A stretch of DNA of 25,849 nt from Fimbriimonadaceae bacterium. Its GTDB lineage: Bacteria; Armatimonadota; Fimbriimonadia; Fimbriimonadales; Fimbriimonadaceae. The notes beneath the pieces were generated by a model. That model saw only the letters and a list, made by a program, of their open reading frames with translations, was not told where the DNA came from and ran no database searches. Position numbers and translations under genes: made by a program. The stretch spans positions 1-25,849 of the forward strand of contig JAKRSE010000138.1 of the NCBI GenBank assembly GCA_022402505.1, written 5' to 3'. Below, piece by piece: positions 15,755 through 24,516 of the stretch; the stretch's first letter is position 1, and every line of letters starts with the position of its first letter.

Positions 15755-15952
15755 GTGCAATTTTATAACCTGAAGAAGCGATCCCACGTCGATGTGCCCG
15801 ATTCGGCAGTCAAGAAGACGAAGATTGTCCGAGAGACGAAGAGCGGTGAGCAGATCCGCTATGCCTTCAAGGCGGAGTTCGAAGGGGACACCCTGTTCAA
15901 GTTCGTCAGCAAGGCTGTCTTCGACAGCACGTCCGTTCCGGAGATCAGCTGA
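15755..15952 (+). CDS. Small Lys-rich hypothetical protein (65 aa)
   Basis: GAGGA lies upstream of the GTG start. Composition is protein-like, unlike the Arg/Pro-rich shadow ORFs. Two hairpins follow. Confidence 0.75.
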   Translation: MQFYNLKKRSHVDVPDSAVKKTKIVRETKSGEQIRYAFKAEFEGDTLFKFVSKAVFDSTSVPEIS

Positions 15953-15998
15953 ACCTTTTCCAGGCAGACGGCCGATAGCGCCGCTGTCTGGAGCGACC

Positions 15999-16035
15999 GG
16001 AAGGGGTGTGCGGACGACTCCGCGCACCCCTTTCC
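15999..16035 (+). terminator. Probable intrinsic terminator after the small gene
   Basis: GGAAGGGGTGTGCGGA-cgac-TCCGCGCACCCCTTTCC. A second hairpin lies at 15960-15991. Confidence 0.5.
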
Positions 16036-16149
16036 TGCAAACGCCCCTCCCTCTCCCCTGAACCCTGATCCGGACAGCGTCGTCCCGTGTTCCGGCCCGG
16101 CATCAGACCGAGCCATCCGCGCCGACACCAGGCGCAAGACCACTCCACC

Positions 16150-17136
16150 ATGAACCGGGTTGACGTCTCCATCATCGGCGGAGGTCCGACGGGCCTCTTC
16201 GCTTCGTTTTATGCCGGCCTGCGGGGCCTCTCCGTCCGCATCATCGACAGCCTGCCCGAACTGGGAGGCCAGCTGACCGCCCTCTATCCCGAAAAGTTCG
16301 TCTACGACATGCCGGGATTCCCCCAGGTCCTCGCCAAGGATCTGGCCGCCGGGCTGATCCGCCAGGGAACCCAGTTCCACCCCGAGCTCGTGCTGGAAGA
16401 GACCGCCGAAAGCCTGGAGCAGGACGACGAGGGCTACACCATCATCGGCGCCAAAGGGGAACGCTATCCCACCCGGACCATCATCATTTCGGCCGGAGCC
16501 GGAGCCTTCTCCCCCACCAAGATCGGACTCGCGGATGAAGACGCCTGGGTCGGCCGAGGGCTGGCCTACGGAGTCCGCAGCCTGGAGGCCTTCCGGGACA
16601 AGCGGGTGCTCATCCTCGGCGGCGGCGACTCGGCCTTCGACTGGGCCGTCCACCTCCACCCGATCGCCGCGTCGGTCGCCCTGGTCCATCGCCGCGACGT
16701 CTTCCGCGCCCACGAAGAGACGGTGAAGGAGGCCGAGGCGCTCGGCATTCCCTTCCACCTCTTCCAGGTCGTCAAGGAGATCCGAGGGGCCGAAGCGGTG
16801 GAATCGGTGGTCCTGGAAGACACAAGGACGAAGGAGTCGACCGAACTCCCCTGCGACGCCCTGGTCGTCAACATCGGCTTCAAGTCCAGCCTCGGCCCGC
16901 TCAAGGACTGGGGGCTGGAGATCGAAAAGAACCAGATCAAGGTCAACGAGCTTTACGAAACCTGTCTGCCCGGCGTCTTTGCCGTGGGGGATGTCTGCAC
17001 CTTCGAGGGCAAGATCAAGCTGATCGCCACCGGGGTCGGGGAGGCAGCGACCGCCGTGTGCGTCGCCAAGACCCGACTCGATCCCACGGCCCGACTTTTT
17101 CCCGGCCACAGCAGCGATATGGACCTGCAAAAATGA
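16150..17136 (+). CDS. Ferredoxin-NADP(+) reductase, TrxB-like (YumC type)
   Basis: IIGGGPTG, LGGQL.ALYPEK.VYD.PGF, ILGGGDSA.DW, HRR..FRAH, GVFAVGD and C-terminal PGHSS. No redox CxxC, which argues against thioredoxin reductase. Start at ATG 16150. Confidence 0.85.
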   Translation: MNRVDVSIIGGGPTGLFASFYAGLRGLSVRIIDSLPELGGQLTALYPEKFVYDMPGFPQVLAKDLAAGLIRQGTQFHPELVLEETAESLEQDDEGYTIIGAKGERYPTRTIIISAGAGAFSPTKIGLADEDAWVGRGLAYGVRSLEAFRDKRVLILGGGDSAFDWAVHLHPIAASVALVHRRDVFRAHEETVKEAEALGIPFHLFQVVKEIRGAEAVESVVLEDTRTKESTELPCDALVVNIGFKSSLGPLKDWGLEIEKNQIKVNELYETCLPGVFAVGDVCTFEGKIKLIATGVGEAATAVCVAKTRLDPTARLFPGHSSDMDLQK

Positions 17137-17205
17137 CGAAAACGTCGGGATCGCAACCGGTTTCGGGCCCGGACGTAGTAGGATGCAGTCCGAAGGAGCG
17201 ACCGC

Positions 17206-17610
17206 ATGTTTGCAGCCCTGTTGATTGCATCTGAAACCGGCCTGGTCGGCGGAGAGGTCCTCCAGACGAGGGACCCGCGCCCCCGGCTGGAGCTGCGCAT
17301 CCCCGAACTCGATTTCCGGAGCCGCGGCCCGGCCATGGTCGAAGTGCAGACCCGCCAGAAGGAGGAGGAGATTCAGGCTCGGGCCACAATCCTGGTGGAA
17401 GACGAGCTTCCGATCATCCGTCCCTCCGCCGGAATCGAAGGCTTGGTGAGCGCCCTGCGCATCCGAGCACGAGAGGACCGCGACCTCATGCCCGTCGAAG
17501 GGATCCACCTGAAGGTCACCCCCAAGATGGTCGAAACCCCGGTCTCGGAAGAGACCGAACAGGCCTTCGCCATCCATTCGGCCGTAGAAGGCGTGATCCT
17601 CGGCGTCTGA
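17206..17610 (+). CDS. Hypothetical protein with a short hydrophobic N-terminus (134 aa)
   Basis: GAAGGAG lies 7 nt before the ATG, and the ORF fills the intergenic space in the operon direction. No family recognised. Confidence 0.55.
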   Translation: MFAALLIASETGLVGGEVLQTRDPRPRLELRIPELDFRSRGPAMVEVQTRQKEEEIQARATILVEDELPIIRPSAGIEGLVSALRIRAREDRDLMPVEGIHLKVTPKMVETPVSEETEQAFAIHSAVEGVILGV

Positions 17611-17630
17611 AATCGTCTGATTCCAGGCAG

Positions 17631-18674
17631 ATGAGCCTTTCCACCATCGCCCTGCTTCTGGCGGCGGGGCAGCCCGTCTGGGTGCCGCCGCCCCCCACCG
17701 AGTTTCAGAACGGAACCTGGGGACCCATCCGCCTGGGCGTCTCGCGCGACGCCGACCTGAAGGCCGCCCTGGATGCCGGGAAGGGAACCGTCCGACCCGA
17801 AGGCCTCCTCGTGCCCACCCACCCCGAGAGCGGCATCCGTGTGGATGTGCTGATGCAGGGCCGCGGAAGGGACGCCCTGGCCCGCGCCGTCCGCATCCAG
17901 TACCGCCCGGGAGTCTCCCCCAGCCTGGACTCGGTCGCCGAGCTCTGGGGTCCGCCCAGAATCGCCTTCGCTCCCATCCGCTGGGAAGACTGGGCGATCA
18001 TGGCCTGGCCGGATCGCGGAGTGGCGGTCGAGAGCCGCCGGGTCGCCGATGAGAACGGCAGCCCTGTTTGGCGGCCGGAAGTCTGGTTCCTCGCCTCGCC
18101 GGACCGGCTCGACGCCGCCCTGGCCCCCTTCGTCGCCGAAGAGACCCCCGTCACCCGCCCCCCGGACCCCGGCGAGGATTGGGACGGCATCTATCGGTAC
18201 AGGTTCGTCCGGGCCTCGGTCTCGATGGACAACAGCCCCGTGGTTCCGGCCGATCTGACCCGGAGGCGGCTGGAAGAGCTTCAGCGCCTCCTGATCGACG
18301 ACCTGGGCCGCCGGGTTCCCGGGCCCATCGCCGGCAACGGGGACCGGGGGACGATCTCCGCCAACGTCCGTTTCGGCGGCATCAACCGGGAGGGCGAATC
18401 GAAGGTGACGGTCTCGGTGACGCTGGAGGCGGAGACCCCCTACGGCACCCGCCGGCTCTCGGCCTCAGAAGAACGGGTCATGACCTTCGACTTTCGCCGC
18501 CGAGCCCGCGATCTGGTGGACTCGGCCTTCGCCAACGTGGTGCGACGGATCGACGACGATCGAAGAAGGCTCGGACCGCCCGAAGTCGGCGAACGGCGCG
18601 AACAGGGACAGCAGATCTTCATGAACATCCTCGCCGGGGCCGTCGGCGGTCAGGAGTCCGGTCGAGGCCGGTAA
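17631..18674 (+). CDS. Hypothetical exported protein (347 aa)
   Basis: N-terminus MSLSTIALLLAAGQP is signal-like. The ORF tiles with its neighbours. No family recognised. Confidence 0.65.
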   Translation: MSLSTIALLLAAGQPVWVPPPPTEFQNGTWGPIRLGVSRDADLKAALDAGKGTVRPEGLLVPTHPESGIRVDVLMQGRGRDALARAVRIQYRPGVSPSLDSVAELWGPPRIAFAPIRWEDWAIMAWPDRGVAVESRRVADENGSPVWRPEVWFLASPDRLDAALAPFVAEETPVTRPPDPGEDWDGIYRYRFVRASVSMDNSPVVPADLTRRRLEELQRLLIDDLGRRVPGPIAGNGDRGTISANVRFGGINREGESKVTVSVTLEAETPYGTRRLSASEERVMTFDFRRRARDLVDSAFANVVRRIDDDRRRLGPPEVGERREQGQQIFMNILAGAVGGQESGRGR

Positions 18675-18745
18675 ACTGGTTGGGTCGGCAGGACGCCGAA
18701 CGTCCTTGGAAGGCGGTGGAACCGCCGCTGTTCGTTGAGTCCCTC

Positions 18746-20341
18746 GTGAAGCCTTCCGCCCGCCTTGCCCTCTGCACCGCCCTGACTCTGGGGGCGGCGG
18801 CGGCGTTCGCCTCACCCCTGCCCCGGCGCATCCTGGTGATCCCGCTGGACGACCGGCCGGCCTCCGCCCAGCTCCCCGCCATGATCGCCGGACTCGCGGG
18901 AGCCGAAGTGGTCATGCCTCCCCGCGACATGCTCGGCCGCTTCGACCGCAACGGAGACCCGGAGAGGATCCTGGCCTGGCTTCGGAACTCGGTTGAGGCC
19001 TCCCGAGTCGATGCCGCCGTGGTCAGCCTGGACATGCTCGTCCATGGCGGCCTGATCGGCTCGCGAGCCCCGGAGCTGGGGTTCGAAGCCGGGAGGAGGA
19101 GGCTCATGGGGTTTTGGGCTTGGCGGCAGTCGCTGCCCCAGGTTCCGGTCTACGCCTTCTCCGCCATCACCCGCCTGGCTCCCACCGCCACGCTCGACCA
19201 GGCTCCCTGGCGGATGCAGGTCGCCCGGCTGGTCGAGTTGGAATCCCAGTGGGGACCTCGCCCGACCGCCGAGCAGGCCCGCCGGCTGCAGGCGCTCCGG
19301 CTGAAGATCCCGGCGCAGGACCTGGTCCGCTATCGGCAGACGCGCCGGAGAAACCTGGACCTCGCCCGGACCATGATCCAGATTCTGGGAGCCGGAGGCA
19401 TGACCCATCTCGCCTTCGGGCAGGATGACGCCGCCGTCCACGGACCCCACCGAGACGAGCAGGCCCGCCTGGAATCCGAGACCGCCCGGGCCGGACTGGA
19501 ATCCAGAACCACCTTCCTTCAAGGGATCGACCAGGTGGCCTCGGTTCTGGTGGCGCGGGCGATCGTCCAGGGGGCGGGGGCGAAGATCACGGTCGAGCCT
19601 CGCTGGGCCGACCCGGCCGGAGCCGCCCTCACCGCCCTCTACGAATCGGAGCCGGTGGCCGCCAGTCTGCGCGGCCAGGTCCAAGCCGCCGGCGCTGAAG
19701 TGGGTTCGGGCCCCGAGGCCCTCCAGGTCCACGTCAACACGCCCGGTTCGACTCCGGACCATGTCGAATTTCTCACCAGGTCCATCCTCGCCGACCTGCA
19801 GGCCGGGCGACAGGTGGGATTGGCCGACATCAACCTCGGCAAGGCCGGAATCCCCGACGCTCGCCTGACCCCGCGGCTGCTCCGGCCCGACCTCTTCCCC
19901 CGGCTCGGAGCCTGGGCGGGTTGGAACACCGCCGCCAACACCATGGGGACCGTGATCCCGGCCATGATCGTGCGCGAAGCGGCGCGGATCGGGGGCGTGG
20001 ACCCAGGCAAGACCGCCCTGGAGACCCGCCGGCTCCTGCTTCATCGCCTCATCACCGACTGGCACTACCACGCCTTCACCCGGCCCCTCGCCTTCGCCAT
20101 GATCGACGGAACCCCCGCCCCGCGCGAAAGCCTGCCGGCCCCCACCCTGTCGGCGGTCGAGGCCCTGGTGCGGCGCGACCTGGCGCCCCGAGCCCAGCGC
20201 TCCTTCCATGACCTGGTGGAAGGCGACGCGGCGGAAGGCCTGCGCATCACCGCCCTGCAGAGCCTGGACATCCGCCTGCCCTGGCCCCGAGCCTATGAGG
20301 TCGAAGTCGATTTTCAGCTGCTTTCTGAGCGGACACGATGA
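18746..20341 (+). CDS. DUF4127-family protein with signal peptide (531 aa)
   Basis: GTG start at 18746 gives the signal peptide ...AAAAFA|S. Motifs ILVIPLDDRP, SLDML.HGGL..SR, GQDD and AWAGWNTAANT.G. Confidence 0.8.
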   Translation: MKPSARLALCTALTLGAAAAFASPLPRRILVIPLDDRPASAQLPAMIAGLAGAEVVMPPRDMLGRFDRNGDPERILAWLRNSVEASRVDAAVVSLDMLVHGGLIGSRAPELGFEAGRRRLMGFWAWRQSLPQVPVYAFSAITRLAPTATLDQAPWRMQVARLVELESQWGPRPTAEQARRLQALRLKIPAQDLVRYRQTRRRNLDLARTMIQILGAGGMTHLAFGQDDAAVHGPHRDEQARLESETARAGLESRTTFLQGIDQVASVLVARAIVQGAGAKITVEPRWADPAGAALTALYESEPVAASLRGQVQAAGAEVGSGPEALQVHVNTPGSTPDHVEFLTRSILADLQAGRQVGLADINLGKAGIPDARLTPRLLRPDLFPRLGAWAGWNTAANTMGTVIPAMIVREAARIGGVDPGKTALETRRLLLHRLITDWHYHAFTRPLAFAMIDGTPAPRESLPAPTLSAVEALVRRDLAPRAQRSFHDLVEGDAAEGLRITALQSLDIRLPWPRAYEVEVDFQLLSERTR

Positions 20342-21042
20342 ACACGGGATTCCTTGAATACGAGCACGCCGGCCGACCCTATGTGGTCTTTGTCCCCCGT
20401 GAGGCCGAAACGCCGCCCCCGGCCATCCTCTTTCTGCACGGCAGCGGGGAGTCCGGCACCGACGGGCTGAAGCAGATCCTCACCGGCCTGGGCAGCGCCG
20501 TCATGCTCGACCGGGAGAAGTGGCCGTTCCAGATCGTCTTTCCCCAGAAGCCAGATTTTCGGCAGCTCTGGCCGACGGAGCTTGAGGCGCTGAACGGCAT
20601 CCTCCGGGAAGTGGAGCAGAGGCACCCCTCCGACCCTCACCGGCGGTACCTCACCGGCCTCAGCCAGGGAGGCCACGCCGTCTTCAACCTCGCCGACAAG
20701 CTCCACTGGCAGTTCGCCGCCTGCGCCCCCGTCTGCGGCTGGCTGACGATGCGCGAAGGGATGGGCGCTGAGCCGCCCGCTCCGGGCGAGGCCGCCGCGA
20801 TCGCCCGCCGCGAGGCCGAAGAGGCGATCGGCCGGTTCCGATCTCTGCCGATCTGGGCGTTCCACGGCGGGAAGGACGGCGTCGTGGGCCCTGGTCCGGC
20901 CGAGGCGATCATCCGAGCCATTGCCGAGTCGGGAGGCGACGCAAAGTTCACCCTCTTCCCCGAAGCCGACCACAACTCCTGGGATCCCGCCTACCGAACC
21001 CAGGACCTGGGGAGCTGGTTCCTGCGGCACACCCTCCGGTAG
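20338..21042 (+). CDS. Alpha/beta hydrolase (esterase/peptidase-like)
   Basis: LFLHGSGE, nucleophile elbow YLTGLSQGG, WAFHGGKD.VV and ADHNSW give an intact Ser-Asp-His triad. ATGA overlap with DUF4127. Confidence 0.85.
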   Translation: MNTGFLEYEHAGRPYVVFVPREAETPPPAILFLHGSGESGTDGLKQILTGLGSAVMLDREKWPFQIVFPQKPDFRQLWPTELEALNGILREVEQRHPSDPHRRYLTGLSQGGHAVFNLADKLHWQFAACAPVCGWLTMREGMGAEPPAPGEAAAIARREAEEAIGRFRSLPIWAFHGGKDGVVGPGPAEAIIRAIAESGGDAKFTLFPEADHNSWDPAYRTQDLGSWFLRHTLR

Positions 21043-21052
21043 ACTGATGTCT

Positions 21053-21637
21053 ATGATCTCGCGCCTCTCCGGCCGGCTCCTGGAGCTGGGCTCCGACCGG
21101 CTGGTCGTCGACTGCCACGGAGTCGGCTACGAGGTCCATGCCTCCCAGGGGACCCTCGCCTCGGCCGGGGAGATCGGCGAGGACGTGGACCTTTACGTCC
21201 GCCAGATCATCCGGGAGGACGAGCACCTCCTCTACGGCTTCCTGACCCCCGGGGCCCGAAGGCTCTTCGACCTGCTCCGCGAGGTGAAGGGCTGCGGCGC
21301 GAAGATCAGTCTCGCCGTCCTCGACACTCTCGGCGAGGAGGGGGCGGCAGCCGCCCTCGCCTCGGGAGACGCCCGGGCTCTCGCCCAGACCTCGGGAGTC
21401 GGTCCCAAGCTCGCCGAACGCATGATCCTCGAGCTGAAGGACAAGGCGGCGGCGGTCGGCGCACCGCTGCGGCCGGTCGTGAAGGAACGGGCCGCTCCAA
21501 CCGACGAGCTTGTGGAGGCCCTGATGGCCCTCGGCTACCGGCGAGGCGAGGCCGAAGAGGCAGCCGGACCGGCTCGGGCCGAAGCCGAGGACCTGGAAGG
21601 CAGGCTCCGCGCCGCCCTGAGGAGGCTGAACCGCTGA
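21053..21637 (+). CDS. ruvA: Holliday junction branch migration protein RuvA
   Basis: MISRLSG, GVGYEV, LYGF, HhH motifs VKGCGAK and [18 protein letters not shown], and a C-terminal ALMALGY. Confidence 0.95.
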   Translation: MISRLSGRLLELGSDRLVVDCHGVGYEVHASQGTLASAGEIGEDVDLYVRQIIREDEHLLYGFLTPGARRLFDLLREVKGCGAKISLAVLDTLGEEGAAAALASGDARALAQTSGVGPKLAERMILELKDKAAAVGAPLRPVVKERAAPTDELVEALMALGYRRGEAEEAAGPARAEAEDLEGRLRAALRRLNR

Positions 21638-21638
21638 C

Positions 21639-22676
21639 ATGACTCGCCACGACGACTCACTGGACCCCCGCGAAGTGGTCGGCGACGGCTCGGGCGATCC
21701 GGGCCTGCGGCCCAAGACGCTCGACGGCTTCATCGGTCAGCCGGAGATCCGCTCAAACCTCTCCGTCTACCTGAAGGCCGCCCTGCAGCGAACGGAACCC
21801 CTCGACCACGTTCTGCTCTACGGCCCGCCCGGACTCGGAAAGACGACGCTGGCCCACATCGTCGCCTACGAGATGGCGGCCTCGATCCATGTCACCAGCG
21901 GCCCGGCGATCCAGATTCCAGGCGATCTGGTGGGCATCCTGACGAATCTGGAGGCGGGCTCCGTCCTCTTCATCGACGAAATCCACCGGCTCAGCCGACC
22001 GGTCGAAGAGATCCTCTATCCGGCGATGGAGGACGGCAAGGTGGACATCCTGATCGGCAAGGGGCCCGCCGCCCGGTCGATCCGCCTGGACGTGCCGCCG
22101 TTTACCGTGATCGGGGCCACCACCCGCCAGGGTCTGCTCACCGGACCTCTCCGCGACCGATTCGGCATCGTCCTCAGCTTCGGCTTCTATCCGCCGGACG
22201 AGCTGCGCCTGATCATCGAGCGGACGGCGAGCCTCCTGGGATTCCCGGTGACCGCCGATGCCGCCGAAGAGCTTGCCCGACGCAGCCGAGGCACCCCCCG
22301 CATCGCCAACCGCCTGGTCCGAAGGGTCCGCGACTTCGCCCAGGTCGGCGGCAGCGACCGGATCAGCCTGAACACCGCCCAAGACGCCCTGGACCGGCTC
22401 CAGGTAGATGCCCGTGGGCTGGACCGGATCGACCGCCTGATCCTCAACGCCCTCACCGAACGCTACCGGGGCCGCCCCGTGGGACTGGACAACCTGGCCG
22501 CCACGATCGGCGAAGACGCCCAGACCCTGGAAGAGGTCTACGAGCCCTATCTGATCCAGCAGGGCCTGATGCTGCGCACGCCTCGGGGCCGGTGGGCCAC
22601 GCGGGCCGCCTGGGAACACCTGGGTCGGACACCTCCCTCCGACTCCGACGCCTCGCCCGGACTCTTCGAAGAATGA
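21639..22676 (+). CDS. ruvB: Holliday junction branch migration ATPase RuvB
   Basis: [60 protein letters not shown] and EPYLIQ.G...RTPRGR. Confidence 0.97.
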   Translation: MTRHDDSLDPREVVGDGSGDPGLRPKTLDGFIGQPEIRSNLSVYLKAALQRTEPLDHVLLYGPPGLGKTTLAHIVAYEMAASIHVTSGPAIQIPGDLVGILTNLEAGSVLFIDEIHRLSRPVEEILYPAMEDGKVDILIGKGPAARSIRLDVPPFTVIGATTRQGLLTGPLRDRFGIVLSFGFYPPDELRLIIERTASLLGFPVTADAAEELARRSRGTPRIANRLVRRVRDFAQVGGSDRISLNTAQDALDRLQVDARGLDRIDRLILNALTERYRGRPVGLDNLAATIGEDAQTLEEVYEPYLIQQGLMLRTPRGRWATRAAWEHLGRTPPSDSDASPGLFEE

Positions 22677-23632
22677 GGCCGGGAGTCTCCGTCCACCGCT
22701 TCGGCCGAACCCGAGGAGCGGGGTCGCTCATCGGCCTCCACCCCGAACTCAGCCCCGGCGTCTTCCGAAACGAGGAGGTCCTGGCCGATGTTCTGACCCG
22801 CATGTTCGACGGACTCAAGTCTCTGGGGCTCCTCACATCCCAGACCGCCGTCGTCCTCCCCCAGCACCTGGGGCTGAGCCTCTATCTGATGAACGAGTGG
22901 CCGTGGGTCACCAGACAGGCGCAGTCGTCCCAGGCGCTGCTCTGGTCGGTGCTGGACGACAAGGTCTGGATTCCGGTCGCCGCCCTGGGAGCCGCCTGGC
23001 AGAGACCTTATGGCGAGGCGGTTCGTGGGCTCTTCCTCCGATGGAAGGCGCCTCGGGTCGCGGGCGTGTGGCAGGCGGTCATGAGCCGGCTCGCCGAGCA
23101 GTTTCGGGTCATCCTGATCCCCGGAACGGTTCCTCTGCCGGAGCCAGGAGCGGCCGACGGACGGCTGACCTGCGGGCGCGACGTGTGGACCGGAATGGCC
23201 TCCACCGGCGTCATCTACGGCCCGGATGGGGCCCTCCTGAGCCCGCCGGCAATCGGAAGCCGCCCGGATCGACTCGAATCGAGCCTGCTGTTCATGCAGC
23301 CCCGGACGCCTGAACCGAGGGTCGTCTCCACGCCGCTTGGACGCCTGACCGTCGGCATCGGCCAGGAGGCGACCGACCCGGACTGGATGACCGAGCTCCA
23401 GATGGCCGACATCATCGCCTGCCCCGCCTCGCCGTTCGGTTCGCCGGAGTCCGATGCCGGGTGGCAGAAATCGATGCAGCAGCTCGGCGCCCTGGCCGCC
23501 GTCCGGGTGATGATGCAGGGGAGGTTCTTCGAATACAGCCTCTCCGGTCTGCCTCAGGCGTCTCTGCTGGGCGAGGCCTGCCCGATCCCCCAGAGCGGCT
23601 CGGCGACCCGCATCCTTCAGCTGGGCTTGTGA
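22673..23632 (+). CDS. Carbon-nitrogen hydrolase (nitrilase)-fold protein with an apparently lost catalytic triad (319 aa)
   Basis: ATGA overlap with ruvB. AVVLPQH corresponds to 'VVFPE', VILIPGT and IYGPDG match the scaffold, and [13 protein letters not shown] corresponds to 'TPxGRxGVxIC'. Confidence 0.55.
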   Translation: MRPGVSVHRFGRTRGAGSLIGLHPELSPGVFRNEEVLADVLTRMFDGLKSLGLLTSQTAVVLPQHLGLSLYLMNEWPWVTRQAQSSQALLWSVLDDKVWIPVAALGAAWQRPYGEAVRGLFLRWKAPRVAGVWQAVMSRLAEQFRVILIPGTVPLPEPGAADGRLTCGRDVWTGMASTGVIYGPDGALLSPPAIGSRPDRLESSLLFMQPRTPEPRVVSTPLGRLTVGIGQEATDPDWMTELQMADIIACPASPFGSPESDAGWQKSMQQLGALAAVRVMMQGRFFEYSLSGLPQASLLGEACPIPQSGSATRILQLGL

Positions 23633-24465
23633 TTCGCCGCCAGCCGGGCGAAGAAGTTCGCCTTCAGCCGGTCCGAATCGAAGTCCAAGACGACCTGAAT
23701 CGGGCGTGAACCGTTTTCAGGCGGGCCGGCGACCGTCTCGATCCTCGCCGCCGAGGGGTCCAGCAGAATCTCCACCAGGGCCAGATCCCACAAGACCCGC
23801 AGGTCGCGGCCCCGATCCAGGTGGCCGTACCAGTGGTGCATCAGAAACTCGCTCACGGGTCCGGCTGGAAGCCCGGCGCGGGTCTCGTCCCAGCCGAACG
23901 TGAACCGGGCGGCCACGTTCACCGGGAGGATGAGGGTCGGCAGGTCGGCGACATCCAGCACCTCGTCGATCGCATGAATGTCCATCGAGCAGTTGAAGTC
24001 GCGCTTGCGCCAGATTCCGGTCGCCTCGTCATACGATGTCCCGAGCAGCGCCAGGCTCATGCCGCTCACGATCTCCGGGTGGATCATGAGGGCCGAAGCG
24101 ACGTTGGTCAGGGCCCCCAGACCGAGGACGGTCACCCGGTTCTCCGGCCCTCGCGCCGAAGCCTCGGCGATGATCGTCCGGGCCGCCGTGGAATCCTGCC
24201 ACCTCTGATCGCCGAAGTCATAGACCCGCCGAGCCGCCCCGCGTGGATGCGGGATGTCCAGACGGCCGAGAAGCGAGAGCAGAACCTCGTTCAGCCTCTG
24301 GCTCGCTTCCAGCGTCTCCGGCACCGCCCAATGAGCCACCTGCCACTGGGCCGAACCCAGGGCCAAGACCTCGAACTCGGGAGCCCGGACGGCGCCGACA
24401 ATGGCAAACAGGTCGTCGACCTCATTCGCCGTGTCGGCGTCGATGATGACGGGCAAGGGCGGCAT
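23617..24465 (-). CDS. Inosine/uridine-preferring nucleoside hydrolase family protein
   Basis: N-terminal VIIDADTANEVDDLFAI, LGLGALTNVASAL, DFN and LWD. The 3' end overlaps the convergent gene by 16 bp. Confidence 0.85.
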   Translation of the reverse strand: MPPLPVIIDADTANEVDDLFAIVGAVRAPEFEVLALGSAQWQVAHWAVPETLEASQRLNEVLLSLLGRLDIPHPRGAARRVYDFGDQRWQDSTAARTIIAEASARGPENRVTVLGLGALTNVASALMIHPEIVSGMSLALLGTSYDEATGIWRKRDFNCSMDIHAIDEVLDVADLPTLILPVNVAARFTFGWDETRAGLPAGPVSEFLMHHWYGHLDRGRDLRVLWDLALVEILLDPSAARIETVAGPPENGSRPIQVVLDFDSDRLKANFFARLAANHKPS

Positions 24466-24516
24466 CAGGGATCACCCTACCCGCCTTCCTGCCTGGTCCG
24501 CTCGACCGGGGCGGGC

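Noticed and set aside
15859-17577. 572-aa minus-strand ORF, and similar long antisense ORFs at 6061-7362, 12463-13575, 18812-20209 and 21753-22619
   Set aside because: Each mirrors a confidently identified plus-strand gene and has no recognisable family signature.
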